Below are positions 23,587 through 38,042 of a stretch of 64,000 nt of DNA, one piece after another. Source of the DNA: Lytechinus pictus (taxonomy: Eukaryota); the NCBI RefSeq assembly GCF_037042905.1, contig NC_087245.1:29326001-29390000 (forward strand), written 5' to 3'. A model generated the notes under the pieces. It searched no databases. It saw nothing but the letters and a program-made list of their open reading frames with translations, and was not told the origin of the DNA. Made by a program: the position numbers and the translations under genes. Each line of letters opens with the position of its first letter. Positions within the stretch are counted from its first letter, which is position 1.

Positions 23587-26500
23587 TCACGCAGTATCAT
23601 CTTTATGAACTGACTCTCTTGAACTTCCGATTGCATTTTGATCCACATCTACCACACTTATCCTTTCATTGCCACTTGGTTTATAAAACGCTAGCGCTCC
23701 TATAAAGAAGAAAATGGATAACAGTCTCAGCATCATACAGAGCAACAGTGCCGTCAGTCCGAATTGTTTGTTGTCGTAAATTAAGCAGGCCGAGCCGTCA
23801 CAGGAGTCTTGCCACAATACACAAACCCGGTCGATGAGGGCGCCAAACACAACCGGACCGGGTATAGTTCCTGGACAAAAAAGGCGGGAAGTAATTTTTT
23901 AATGAGTGTTATTTTCAAACCAGTACGATCACCTAGAATCCCCGCATGTTTTTCTTCTTTTTTTTTTTTGGTTTTGTTTATTCATCATTGCTTCATTTGT
24001 TCATTTCGTTTATTCATAAAATATAGATGGGTGGATAAAATTATTGCTCTTTTGAGATAAGGAATAAAAACAATAAAGAATCAACTTTCACGCATTTATA
24101 ATGAAACATACGAATTGATGTAACAAATATCTGTACCCAATCAAAACATGATTTGTATTACTTCATATGATATGATATGACACAACTTACCGAAAGCTCT
24201 GAAGCAAAGCGATTGAATACCAAGTGCAAACGAACGCTGATCGTGCGAAACACATCTAAAAGGTCAGAATAACAATTGTAATGAATATAAAAGTGTAAGA
24301 TTTTGCAAAAAAATTCTTATTGATGATGGTGACAACAACACAAACAATAATAATAATAAGAAGAATAACAATTATAATAAAAATGACATCTTTGAAAAAA
24401 GTGATGATAATAATATCAATAATGATATCAATAATGACTACAATGATAATAAATATAATAATAATGATACAGTAATGACGGGCATTTTAAGATCACTTAT
24501 CACTAATAAAATGATGATCCTATTACAATACAAAATTATCAAATGTATGTGTCAGTCACAAAAAAATATATGTCTGTGATGTCAGTTTATGTTAGCTCTA
24601 ACTTGATGATAACACAAAATTTATTAAAAACATACCTTATTGAGGCCATGGTGGACGGGACCAAGGCTAAAAAGGTGCCCAAAAGCTGAAGAAATGTAAG
24701 AAAGATATACAGAGTTTCTTTCGAACACGATTGGGGGCAGCGACCCAGCTCTGCCGAGCCTCCAAGCACTTCCGGGTCAATAGTCGAGTTACCAATACAT
24801 GTGCAGTTAGTATACATCTGTTTCATACACACAAAAATAAAATCATGAAGTAAAAATAAACAAGGTAATATTGGCTACAGGTTATTTTATAAGCATGTCC
24901 ATTATAATAGTCTTTAATAGTCAAAAATATCATTTTCGAGTATCCACTGCAGTTACACAAAGGATGTTAGATAAATACGAAATAAATAACGCTGTAAAAT
25001 AGATAGCAGTAACAAGATAACCATAATAAAATATATGTTGACAAATCCTGAAATAGAATAGCTCATCTGCCATGAAAAAAAATAGTTGAATATATCCAAG
25101 GCCAGGTCTTTTATAGAAAGCCGACAGGAAATATCATGGTTAACCAAGTAATCAATACCTTCATGCAGATAGAACATACTATACAATATGTACATGTCGG
25201 AGGTACAATAACTTTCTGTTCACGAGAACCTTCTTTCGAAATGGGAAAATTAAATACCTTTTCCACTCCGTTTATCTCCCCAGTTTCTAAGCAACCTGCG
25301 AAGCATGCTGAGTAGTACAAGATACCATCAGTCCCGCACACTGGATCGTATCTAGTGGGGCAGCCGCATCCCGCATTGCAAGATGCGGTCACATTGCTTT
25401 CTAACATTCCATCTCCTTCAATATTTCCTCTAAACGGTTAAAAAATGGAAGAGAAGAATTAACAAAATTTGGAGGTATAAATACCTTCTCTACAAAATGC
25501 GACTGGTATGTTATATTTCTTTGGTCTTTATTATTATCAACAACTTTATATTGGATGATTGCTATTGAGGTCATTTGTGTGATATAGCTGAATCATGTTT
25601 GCTTTCATTTAACGAATATTCATACTTGAAATTCAAAAGCAAAATACCGTAAGAAATAAGAGATAGTAAATGTGTGTTAAAGAGGGAGGAATAAGAGAAT
25701 GCAGATGACACAGCAAATCATCTATGATAAAGGCAACAATTTTGTATCTGGACAAATTAACAACCCGCACCCCCCCCCCCCCCAAAAAAAAAAAAAAAAA
25801 AAAAAAATAGATGAATAAATAAATAAATAATAAATAAATTTGAAAAAATTAAGAGGGGAAAGGGGGTGAAGATCAAACCTTTGTGATAGAAGTAAGAGCT
25901 CCTCCTATTCATACTGTATCCAACAATCAAGAGCACTATTATATTTTTTATGTCCTCTCGTACTCACGTGTTTGAATATGCAATGGACACTCCGGCAAAA
26001 GGCACATTGGGACATTGTATGGAGAATGCTGGCAACATACAGAAGCCAAATAAAAGACTACCCAGACAGAAACGAATCATTCCACGAAATTGAAAGTTGA
26101 AGAAGGTAACAATCCAGCCCCCGACTAAGGCACCGCAGAGGCTGGCAGGGATGACAAGAAAACCTGTATGAAAAAGTAAATATACAAACTACTACATCAA
26201 ATGCCCCAACTAGAGTTTCTGTTGATAAAAAATAACTCCCAAAACCAATTCTAGAATGTCTATACAAGCAAAATATGGTGATCATTTTAAGCAAAATTAT
26301 AAACAAAACCTCTTTTTTATATCCAAGCAGAGAAAAAAAATGTTTGCAAAGACTATTCAATCAACCTTTCGTTCAAGTACTGAAGCATCACTATAATCGT
26401 CGGTGACAAGAAGGAGGAGGAGGAGAAGAAGAAGAAATTATAAAATGTTTAAAAGCTAACCTGTTTTTAATGCTGCATCACTTGCAGGAATGTTGAATTG

Positions 26501-29500
26501 TGTTTCCATAAACTTCGGTCCAAATGTCGCAAGGGATGATATGATAAACCACTCGGTGATGGCAGCCCCGTTCACACACATGAAAGGGATGTTTTTAATC
26601 AGGTTTAAGCTAGCTTTGGGGAAATCTTTCAAAGCGTTCCCGTAGCCCGCTCGTGCAGCAAACTCAGAACCTTGCTGTGTTTGAGATACTCTCTTCAAAG
26701 CTAACTCTTTGGCCGCTGAAAATAAGGAAAATTATTGTTTATTTCTTAAATGAAGGTCATTCTAAAAACAAATAGTGCAATTGTACTGAAAAAGCAAGGG
26801 TGTAAAACTTCAATTCGTGAAATAATAAAATTTAGACTGAAAGATGTACCTTTTGTTTTCATCAAGTAAAACAAAAAGATTTGATGGGAATTAATTTAGA
26901 ATCTGAATATAAACGACATATTGACAAATAAGGGAATGAAGTAATAACCATCTACAATTATTCCTACATTTTATTTTTTCAGCCTTCTTCTATGTTAATC
27001 CAAGAACGGAATTATTATCATCTATCATCTATCAAACCTATATCACTTTCTTGGTTTTACGCCTTCTTACGTACGCATAATTTAAGTAGGGGGCCTACTG
27101 TATTGATACTATATGGAAAATGTCAATTGGAAGAAAAATACATGTTGACTTGAATTGAATTGAATCACCACTCTTCTTAGCTCTTGCTTCGGTAAAGATG
27201 AACCCAACATGCTTTCTTTCTATCTCTCTATCATACCACCCACGACCCACCCCCCCCCCCAAAAAAAAAAAAAATCAAGTCTCATGATTGGCTTACCTGG
27301 CATAGATCTTGGGAACATGAGGAAAGGAAGAGCGATCGATAGAGCCATGCATCCTGTCAGGATGAAACCAAGCCACCATGCACCAACCCACAGAGGACTG
27401 TCTGACGAAATCGTTAAGCTATCAAAACAAACAAAATATATAGATCTCTGAAAGACGGAATCGCACTTTATATCATTATTTATCATTAAAATTATCTAAG
27501 ATCTCTTACTCTGATGATTTTGCTAATTTCTCTTGCAAGGTGTGCTAATGGGAACGGATATGAGCGGGGATTAGCAAACGTTTTCGAGAGAAATAAGCGG
27601 CATTTGTTTGTTGTTGTTTTTTTTTGTTCAAAACTCACTTGCATCGACCCCTTATAAATTCGTCACTTCTCTCACTTCATCAGTAATATAGCATTCACTA
27701 GGACAAAATTTTACAAACATAACCACACAGCTGCGCTTTACAAATTCCCCTTACTAAATTTCATTCATTGATTATCGGTTTCATTGGGTAAACAGTACAT
27801 GCACACGCCCGATTTTTATACATCCCGATGTTTCGCTCAAAATTTAATCTACCGCTCTTTGTGTGTAATTTTTAAGTTTACACTACGGAAAATCTCATTC
27901 ATTTGCTGGGATATATTAGAACTTCCAATCAAGTATATTATTGAATGATATCATGGCTGAAGGCAAACGGAAGTCGTCTAGTAGATATTGGAAAGGTCAT
28001 AAAGATATATATAGATAATCATACTTCAGTGGTCTAAGAGTGGTTTAAGAGCCCAAGAAAGTTCATTGCCCCCTTGCCCATATTTATTGCATTAATTATC
28101 CATAAAGCAAAACGGAAATTGAACACAATCTAAGAAATGTTTAATTAACCCAACATAGTATGGTAAAAATATTAACAGTCCGGCTGTTGGTTAGAAAATC
28201 CAAAATCAATTTGCTTGCAATTTTGTTTAACCAACAGTTTCCTAGGTTCATATTTGAACCGACTGGTCGTGAAGGATTAATTTCTATAACGGGAGCTCTC
28301 GATCCATGATTCACAACTAAAAGATGAGGAAGTGATATGACCTATTTTAAAGATCATTGATAAGTGAGTCAAGTTTGAGCTGTCGAAATGGAAAGACTAG
28401 CTTTACCCTCGTAAGGAAATGTGTGCAGTTCGTATGGCGTTCGACTAGGTATAGTTTTTCAAATCACGCTGAAAGATTGTCTCTATATCAAACGATTTTG
28501 GACAAGCTTTATAATCACACTCTTCTGAGGCAAGACGATCTCAGTCCATCTTTTAATTGCATCTTTTATGAGTGGATTTTGCCTCTTCTTGGCGTGGAAT
28601 AACTAAAAGGATGTTCAGTTCGCTCTAAAGGGAGTGATCCCATAGAATCACCCCGACTAGATAGCTCGTTTACATTTAGAAAGCACCATTACATGAAAAT
28701 GTCAACATAATATCCGATCGGACACGATGGCTAACTGGGAACATTAGACAACATTAACCTAATATATTGGATTGTAATACTGGCCGAATAATAAATATTT
28801 GAATAAAAACCACATCTTCCTTCTTGTCAGGCTCTCAACATAATAATACGGAAGTGTGAAAGATGATATGTTATGATAGGCGTATGCAGGATCGGGTAAC
28901 AGGTTATGCGACTTTCCCCTGATATACATGTAGCTATAAGTATCATTATTACGATCAGTATTAGGTACATTAAAATCAACAGGTTGCAGAAGAGAACGGA
29001 CAAAGGCACCCCCTTTCTACACCTCCTCAGAAACCAACACATTACTGCACGAAATATAATTCAATCTAATGATAGAGTGTGGTGACGAAGTGTTGATGTA
29101 AATGTGATAGCTTAATCTATAAATATCATATCTAAAAAGACGTTAGTGTGGCAGGGATATGAGTATCACCTTATTAATAACAATATGGAGCATTCATGAG
29201 GCACCTATTATCTAGTTACCGTTGAAAGAGGGCACTGTATAAATTATCACCCCAGCTTTAGCCCAAGCTACTAAAGTCGCTTGGTGTTTTCAAGGAATCA
29301 ATCCTTCAAGGTACCCACCTCACCTGGGTTGAGTGCAGCAAAATGCAGATAAATTTTGCTTTATTTTATCATCACTCACTTATGTTGGTAGGTTTCTATC
29401 AGGATATTTTTATATAATTCACAGCAGGCCGAAATATACTTGATTACTACCTTGATAATCATACCTTTCTTGATCTATGGTGATGTCCGTATAGTGGTTT

Positions 29501-31869
29501 AAGAAGAGTCCCCCGATGAGATACCCTAAGGCTGGGCCAAGCGTTGACATACCCTGAAAGAGACCTGTGCAAAATTAATAAATTTTTAAAGAGAATTTTC
29601 AAATGAAGAATAGTAGGCGTAAGCATTGTATAAAACAAAACCATATTGCACAATAATAAATCGCCTACCTTCCATTATAGGTGTAAAATTATATCATGAG
29701 ATCAACTAAACCAGAGTTCTTTATCCCCCCCCCCCGCACTTTCCTCGCCCAATCATTTTCTTCAAATTTGATATTGGCGTATCTCTAGTCTCTACCAATG
29801 AAGTGGCGGCACCAGGATTTTTGCTCTCCATCTGAAGTGAAGAGCAAAACAAAATGTTGGTGGCAAGGGTGGAGAAGAACTTACTATTTAAAAATTTATC
29901 CACAATGTCCACAGATAAGAGGGCCAACTGGGACTGAGGGAGGGCATATGCCACTTGTGCCCCCTGTCCTCTTGGTGCCGCCAATGCCAATGCACTTTGT
30001 TCTCAACAATGTCATCATTGTGTCGAAATACATAAAAAATGTATTTTCTTTCACTTGCCATTACCAGATTACGTACGTACCCACATACAGAGGTGAGCGT
30101 TTCGTCTCAACATTCTCATCGATGTAGGTGACACCCAATGTGTAGATACCAGATGCACTGAATCCGTGCAGGAGTTGGGCAAGGATGAAGACACCAATGT
30201 AGTGACTGAGGCCTCCAGAGTTCCCCGTACACTCCCGATCAAGGGTCACGTTGCCATCCAGTGAACAAGTGTCAATGCCTGCCGTCTGCATGGGTTAAAA
30301 CATTTTTTTAATTAGCACAACCTGCTGAAAGTGAAGGTAAAGGCGGGATGATGATGATCATCATCATCAGGGTCATGGTGGGGCTGATATAGTGATGGTG
30401 GTGTTGGGGATGGGGGTGGTAATGATGATGTTGATGATGGTAATGATAATGATGATAATTATAGAGAGGGTGAACCAAGGCATAGATGACGATAGTGATG
30501 CAGATGAAGATACCGATGATTATATAGGAAGAGTATCTCATCAAGACTTTGAACATGATAATAATGATGATAATGATTATGATCATGTTAGTGATGCTGG
30601 TGGTGGTGGCGGTGGTAGTTGTTGTGGTGGTGGTGGTGGTTATGGTGGCGACGGCGTTAATGATGAATAAGGTGATAATGATGACGACAGTGATGCTGAT
30701 GAAGATCTCGTGGTGACTTTTGCCAAGATAATGATGATAACGATGATATATTATCATATATTCTATTTAAAAAAATCATAATTATCATTATTATTATCAT
30801 CATCACTACCATCAGCACCATCACCGTCATATCATCATCATCATCATCAACATGTGATGATATTAATGATGACTGGGATGACAAATGATGATGAGGCAGT
30901 AAAGGTTATTATGATGATGGCGATAAAAAATAAGAACATGTAGTCTGTCACTAAGAAAATTATGACAGTAATGAAAATAAGAAATGCGACAAAGACCAAT
31001 GATTGGAAGTCGTAACAAAATCATATTAATCTCATACTGAAATCTGAATGTAATGTGTATACAGATAATTCATGCGACGATTTAAAGTAGGATTAGGGTT
31101 ACAATCCCACATAATTCTGAAAACATACCTGGTACTGGTATCGTCCAGTCGTGAAATGCGGCAAGGAAAACAGAAACGAGCTTGCCGCGAACCCCAAAGC
31201 TCCTATCCCCAACCACCTCGGTTTGTGAGCCCTATCTCCGAAGTACGTGACGAAGACGACGACCAGTAGGACACCGAAGTCGTATGAGCTCGAGATGAAG
31301 CCGCTCTGGACGCTCGGGAGGTTGAACCTGCGTTCGAGCGTGGTCGTGACCACGTACACGATGCCATTGACCGTCATACCTTGCGTGAAACCGAAGAAGC
31401 ATAGGCATATCAGGAAGCCGATTGGACTGTTACAGAACTAGAGAGAGTGACAGAGAGAGAGAGCGAAGTAGAAGAGAAGAGTATTTTTTTAATCCGGGCG
31501 GTGCGTGTACTGTTGTGAAATATTGAATTTTGTTTAGTTTTGTAATTTCATGATCGAAACAGAAACAAACATGAGCAGACTAATACCTATAAATTTCACT
31601 TACATAATTATCGAGTGATTATTTTTAATTTCATTTCAATTTTTTTGCTTCCTTCACGGTGACAAGTATAAAGTGATCAGTTATTAAAGAGAATAATAAT
31701 AAATGCCATGGATTGCTCATTCTCATACCTGCAAGCGACGGGGATGCCATGCCCCAATACCACATTGTGTCTGCTTGTCCTCACCGTAGACCTCGCCAAC
31801 AACACCTTCATCGACGTTCATACCCTCGATGACTTCGCTCTCCGACGTTTCTTTCCTCTCGTCGGCCAT
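23587..31869 (-). CDS. SLCO4A1: Solute carrier organic anion transporter (OATP), SLCO4A1/4C1-like, 676 aa, 11 coding exons
   Basis: Exons (minus strand): 31729-31869, 31129-31437, 30081-30285, 29465-29564, 27297-27418, 26461-26715, 25968-26163, 25258-25429, 24636-24817, 24191-24255, 23587-23870. Total 2031 nt, all GT-AG and phase-consistent, with an in-frame TAA just upstream of the ATG. Motifs: TTLERRFNLPS..SG.ISSSYD, HKPRWLG.G, LGVTYIDEN, GPALGY, the OATP signature DSPLWVGAWWLGF, the Kazal-like CN..C.C...YDPVCG.DG..YYSAC.AGC, and GTIPGPVVFGALID..C..W. The subfamily symbol is approximate. Confidence 0.93.
30345..30925. repeat. Compound trinucleotide low-complexity tract (GAT/GGT then CAT) in an SLCO intron
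   Basis: A GAT/GGT-rich tract (30390-30745) followed by an ATC/ACC-rich tract (30775-30850). Confidence 0.85.
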
Positions 31870-33414
31870 CGATCTTTCTTAGTCGCTGCACCTTTGTCGT
31901 TTCGTGATTTCTGATGAAAATCAAAGTAAATTGTTGATTATGACGAGTTGTGTGAATAGTATGTGGCCCTTGCAGTTTGCCTCACACCGGCTCATTTACC
32001 TGGTGTCCCAACCAAACTGTTACATTGGCTGTCAGAGAAAATCACAATGAATATAAGATATTTAGCAAAGGTTGTATTTGGGAATGGTCATTCCCGCCAT
32101 TTGCAGCTGAGCGGGTGAAATCATCGTTCAAATACAACGAGGCCAATTGCAAGTTGTAATAATGTGACTTGTGACCATCACATGACAGGAGGCTTGACAT
32201 AATATGATTACGAAGAGCTTGACATTGATATGACGTCACGAATTTGGTATGACGTCATGATATTCAAAAGCGGGAAGCCAAGATCAGTGTCGATCTTGAA
32301 ATGCATGAAAATCTGAAGGCAAAGGAACTTGACATGAAGCCATATGTGGAATGATGTCGAGGGTTTGTCCATAGCGAGTCACGTCCCCGCGTGGAGACAT
32401 GCAAAGCCTGGACTTCAATAACATATAAGAGGAGTCATTTTATGAATAAACTACGAGCTATATAATTGGTATACATGTAAAGGGGGCAGGGGCAGTTGCC
32501 ATCCAAATCGTTGGAAAACTTACATTTTAGTTGAAAACAAAATCCCCCATAGTGTGCACGGAACCACCCCAATGACACGAATGACGAGCTTTGCCGCATT
32601 GCTCCTTTTCGATTTTTTCCTGAATTTTATAAGCTTCTTGCCCCCCCCCCTCCCCCACCCGAATAACATTTCTGCGTAGGTCCTAGATACATATACATGT
32701 AGATCATTATGAAATTAATATTCTAATGTGATTAGGTTTATAATATACCAGCACAAATTCATCATACACACCACATTAACTGACATGATACTTCAAACTA
32801 TATTAGGCGTATTGTTAAAGAGAACATGCCAATGTTATCAAATGTAATTCATAAAGTGTATCGATAAATTGACCAAGTCAAGCTGAACTTGTTGAGATGA
32901 TTTACTTAAAAGTCAAGCGAAAATGCCGAAAGGAGTAGAAAAGGAATGGTTGGTGANNNNNNNNNNNNNNNNNNNNNNNNNNNNNNNNNNNNNNNNNNNN
33001 NNNNNNNNNNNNNNNNNNNNNNNNNNNNNNNNNNNNNNNNNNNNNNNNNNNNNNNNNNNNNNNNNNNNNNNNNNNNNNNNNNNNNNNNNNNNNNNNNNNN
33101 NNNNNNNNNNNNTTATTATATTATTATTATAACAAAGGCCCTTAATCCCCAACTGTCAAAATAAGTTCTTACAAAATATTGAAAGTCATTCTTAACCGCA
33201 TTTGGACATGATACATAGTAGGAGATACTAAAACAGGTGATTATGTGCTCACCTGTGTATGTAGATACCCGCACAGGCGTGTCTTGATTCATTTACCCAC
33301 ATGCTTGATTTCATTATGTTATCACATACCCTGGTGCATCATAATTGTAAGTCAATATCATCAGAAACCATATACCGACAATATGGTATTTATTCTCTTT
33401 GTCGTGCCCTCATT

Positions 33415-33506
33415 GGCCCGAATTCTAACTTAGCCCGGGCTAACTTTGGCCCATTGGCTAACTATCCCCTGGGGGCTAAGTTAGCCACCCTTTGAGAATT
33501 CGGGCC
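33415..33506. mobile_element. 92-bp PIF/Harbinger-like mini-MITE
   Basis: Perfect 12-bp TIR GGCCCGAATTCT / AGAATTCGGGCC; ATT on both flanks; internal GGCTAACT/AGTTAGCC repeats. Confidence 0.7.
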
Positions 33507-35471
33507 ATTGACGTGAATATGATACAATTTCGTAACGACAGCTATTGTACTTTTTCTGATCCATTTTTAGTCATTCACTTCGGTCAGTAAATCAATTGGT
33601 AGCAAACGAATACACAGACAAAGCATGCGGCCTTGACCTATCCACCAAGAGAGTTAGAGAGATTGGCATCAATTCATCGACAGAACCCAAAGTTATTATT
33701 CTGTTTCACGAAATGTTGCAAATCTCTTTCATATCCATCAGAGTCAATATTATTCCTGCAAGTGTTCTATCTTCAATGTTGGTGATGTCAAAATGTACCA
33801 TCCCTTTCAAGAAGTGTTCTCCACGGGATACTCCACTCACTTCAACTATATAGGGAAGATCAATTGGTGGAAATTCATTTGAAGTCAGGCTTAGGTGAAA
33901 TCCAGAATAAAGAATGAACACCCAAAATGATAGCGCGTAACTTCTCGACGATGTAAATAATAGTTGACGATGTAAATAATAGTTGACGATCTGATAACTA
34001 AATTACTGGTCGAAATGTAGAAGCATCATCCAATCGGGCCAATATGTTGTATGGTTTTGTATTTGACCACAGTTTGTTCTCGGCCAGCGATAAATGAACA
34101 ATTGTCAACTTGTTTTTATTTAGTGTAATGCACATGGTAGTATGGGTAGCCAAATCCATGAAACCGACCGAGTACCTCTTATATACAAATATCACACACC
34201 TATTGCACTGGCGTACAGATGCTTGGGGGCATGCCCCCCCCCCCTCCAAAAAAAAAAAAAAAACACGATAATAAAATAATGATAATAATGATAATAATGA
34301 TAATGAAATAAAGTAAATAATAAATGAATAGATGTATAAATAACTAAATAAATTGATAAATAAATAAAATAATTAATAAATAACAAATACATGAATTAAT
34401 TGATAAATTAATTAATGAAATGAAAAAAAAAAAAATCACGACCTAGAAAATAGGAGAAAAAGAAAGAAAATGTTATTTGGTTCATTACGCTGCCGAATTG
34501 TTGGGTAGAATCACAGCCAAATACTTGATGCAATGAATCTTTTCCTTGTTTTCTAAAACCAGCTACGAATAAGACACAACTTATATATCATGTGCGTGTG
34601 TAGGGCTACTGTAGACCACACATCACCTTGAATACTAATTGCAACAGATGTTGGATTCATCCCGTACCATTACATTATAGATGTGTCAAGTCCATGGAAC
34701 ACGCGTGCACGTCCTTGTTTGGAGCTATGGTCGCATTTCGCTCACAGCAAAACCATTCGATCACAAGAAAAATGATAATGGCTATATTATGCGTCAATTA
34801 ATCCAGTAAATAATATGTTGGGGAAGGGTGATTTCCTCTCATTTGACTATGGTAATTAATTGTTGTCGTCGCTGTTTGTAGGCATTTGATATGCATTATG
34901 GTGGTGGTGGTGGTGGTGGTGGTGGTAGTGGTTGTAGTGGTGATGGTGCATGATGAGGATGATGATGATGATGACGGCGGTGACAATTATTTTATAGTGT
35001 GAAAATAGATAACATAACACGACCTAAAACCAACATAAAATTCGTAGATATTTTCTGCTATTGAGGCTTTGTCGGTTCATTGTAAGCCACAACGTGAGAG
35101 CCTAACCTATATTCATCACTGATCAATGATTTTCATGAATAGGCGCGGCTCAGGCGTACATACAAGGCAAATTTAATTCACTTTATTTTTTGTAGCCCTT
35201 CGTTGAGATGTAACGCATAGGAGTTTATTTCATCTTCTATTTCTAAGGATTGTTTTGTGTCCTGAGAAGATCAATATCAACTCAAATTACGTAATTCCTT
35301 AATTACTAATAGGAACGTCATCGATCATCTCAGCTGAAATAAAATCAGAGTTAATAATAACATTAGATCAAGGAATTGTTAGTATGCATCCATACTGTCT
35401 AGTTATCTATTTAGGCTCTCCTTTAGAACAATACAATATCATACTATACTGTTATGTAAAACTACACTTAC

Positions 35472-35720
35472 CTCGATAAGTTCTGTTCCTCTCGATCCCG
35501 TGTCCTCCTCAACAGACCTGAGCTGAGCGATCAACAGACATTCAACATTCGCATTTACACGAGCATCATTCGGGCAGAGCAGTTAATAGCATCAGTCGAT
35601 CATAATAAATAATCGTACGACCGAAGCTGAATACAGGAATAATCACGTAATAAACAAATGGAGCTGGTTTCTTCCTGTTTTCTACTTGCACTTGAAATTG
35701 GCACGTGTACTTGGCTCGAC
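35472..35720 (-). promoter_or_regulatory. Candidate non-coding first exon and promoter of the SLCO gene
   Basis: Consensus donor GAG|GTAAGT at 35472/35471 on the SLCO strand, in locally CpG-richer sequence. Upstream are an E-box (CACGTG, 35702) and ETS-like CAGGAA sites. An upstream exon is expected because the ATG exon has its own acceptor at 31911. Confidence 0.45.
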
Positions 35721-37355
35721 AGGAAATTGTAGCATTTGTAGGTCAATTTCTCCTTTGAGTAAACGTTCCTAAATACCGAGTTGCGGGTATGACCATGTTA
35801 CAGACGAACAGATTGTGTACATTTAGCAGGTATACAAAACACGCACAGGCGAACGTGGTCGTTCGATCAATCGATGCTAATTATATTCGTAGTCTATTTG
35901 AATCATCATTATGTTCCCTCTCCGATGTTCGTGCACGAGTAAAATATCTTATCAGTGTTTGTGAATTTATTCATATTATTGCAAGCGATTCAGGGGATAG
36001 GGTGCAACTAACTAGAAAACTCAATTAGTTAATAATATTGCTGGTGCCGATGGCATGTAAACATCGTTTGGAAAATTGTTTGACGTTATAGACTAGTGCC
36101 CAGGTTTTTTAATGAATGGGAATAGTCGACCGTAGTAAGAAGAAATAGTCTGCAAACACAGACTCATAATTGTACAAAGTAAAATATTGATATTGAAAAA
36201 AAATCTTATCATTATTCGAATTGGGGAATTTATACATATATATATAGGCCCTATATAATCCGATATGATTTCCGCTCCAATCGTTGGTTGCCGCATAGTG
36301 GATTTGATTTCAAACAACTTGTTCATTTTGGATTTCTCTTGATTTTATTTAATTGTTTCAAATTAAGATGATTATGTATGAGTTTTGTCTCATAATTTTT
36401 CTTAAAATCATTAGATTGATCAAAATTGTAAATTAAATAACTATACATGACAGGGGCGGCGAAACCTGGGGGTTTAAGCCCCCCCCCCCCTCCTTAAAAA
36501 GAAATGTGTACAAAAACGTAAATATGACTGATTGTGTTATTTTGCCTGGTCTTTCTTTGTCCCCCCCCCCTTCAAAAGCAATCGCGACCCCTGAATGGTA
36601 ATCAGAAAAATATAGATGGCCTATTGCCCTTCCACCCCATCCAATTTCTTTGCATCACCGTTCACCAGTTTTCCGAATCCTGCTCTTCGCACTATCCCCC
36701 CCCCCCCCCCCTTCAAGAACACACTTTGTCAGCATGGTCATTTCAACCAGTTCTATAACAATTGTAGACTCATGAAAAAAGTACCATCCATATTTTTTTT
36801 TTCGAAAACAAGTCAGAAAAGGATTAATCAGTGCATGGTGTAAATATCAATAGCGCCAGCTTTTGTCTAAAACGAGCATATTTGAGAAAAGCTCTCTTCC
36901 CCATTTCCCTCCCTCCCTCTCTCTATTTCCCCTCTTTGAATCTCTTTCTCCCCCCCCCCCCCCCCATTTCACTCAATAACACCAAGTTATTTATCCTTTA
37001 ATATTTCATTTTACATTTATTTTCTTCGACTACAAAACTACATGTACATGCGATTTGTCTGACAAGAGTTCAAAATGGGCTAAGATTTGTTTTAATAATA
37101 ATAATACACATTTTGTGAAATCCTTCAAACATTATGTAATGCCTTGGGTTAAAGAGCATATGTCACTTTAGTGTATTATGTTTATCTTTTCTACCTTTAA
37201 AATATCAGAATGTCAAATCAGTTTATACAATCATGTAGCGTCGAACATTCAGAGTACATAGACCTATAAATCACTATAAAGGAAACATCGGTGGTTAAGA
37301 GGAGAAAAGGAGGAAAGCTTTGCATTATTTTATTGATTTTTTTTTATTTGCTTAA

Positions 37356-37939
37356 AGGAGAATGAAACCTTTGGAACAAGTAGGCTTGTGTCGAAACAGA
37401 AAAATCAAAGAATAAGAACAAAGAAAGTTTGAGAAAAATCAGACAAATAATGAGAAAGTTATGAGCATTTGAATATTGCAATCACTAATGCCATGGAGAT
37501 CCTCACATTGGCAATGCAACAAGGATGTGTGACGTCACATGTGAACAACTTTCCCTTTGATGGACTATAAAATACCCCCAAAATGACTCTTTTTGCTTTT
37601 TCTTATGGTGATACAAACTCTTTATCCATGACATATTCTTTAAAAATCTGTGTTACGTGCCCTCCTATAGAAAGAACACATGATCTACTGATAGATGTGA
37701 TAAAAGAGACAGTTTAAGTGAAATATATACTAAAGTAATGGGAGAGTTGTTCACAGGTGACATCACACATCTTCGTTGCATTGCCAATAGGAGGATCTCT
37801 ATAGCATTAGTGATCTCAATATTCAAATGCTCATAACTTTCTCATTATTAGTCTGATTTTTCTCAAACTTTCGTTGATCTGTTTCTTTGATTTTTCTGTT
37901 TTTACACAAGCTATCTTTTTCCAAAGGTTTCATTCTCCT
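37356..37939. mobile_element. TTAA-targeting palindromic MITE (Kolobok-like, AGGAGAATGAAACC termini)
   Basis: TTAA|AGGAGAATGAAACCTTTGGAA...TTCCAAAGGTTTCATTCTCCT|TTAA; the inverted arms extend ~200 bp. Confidence 0.85.
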
Positions 37940-38042
37940 TTAATTAATGAAGATACCAATTCTGTATGAGCAATCCCACAAAGCTAAACCAACAAAAAAC
38001 AATTATTTAAGAGAATTTAACATGTCTTCTTACCCCACTTAA

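Noticed and set aside
30308-30884. His/Thr/Gly/Asp-rich ORFs
   Set aside because: Translations of trinucleotide tracts inside an SLCO intron.
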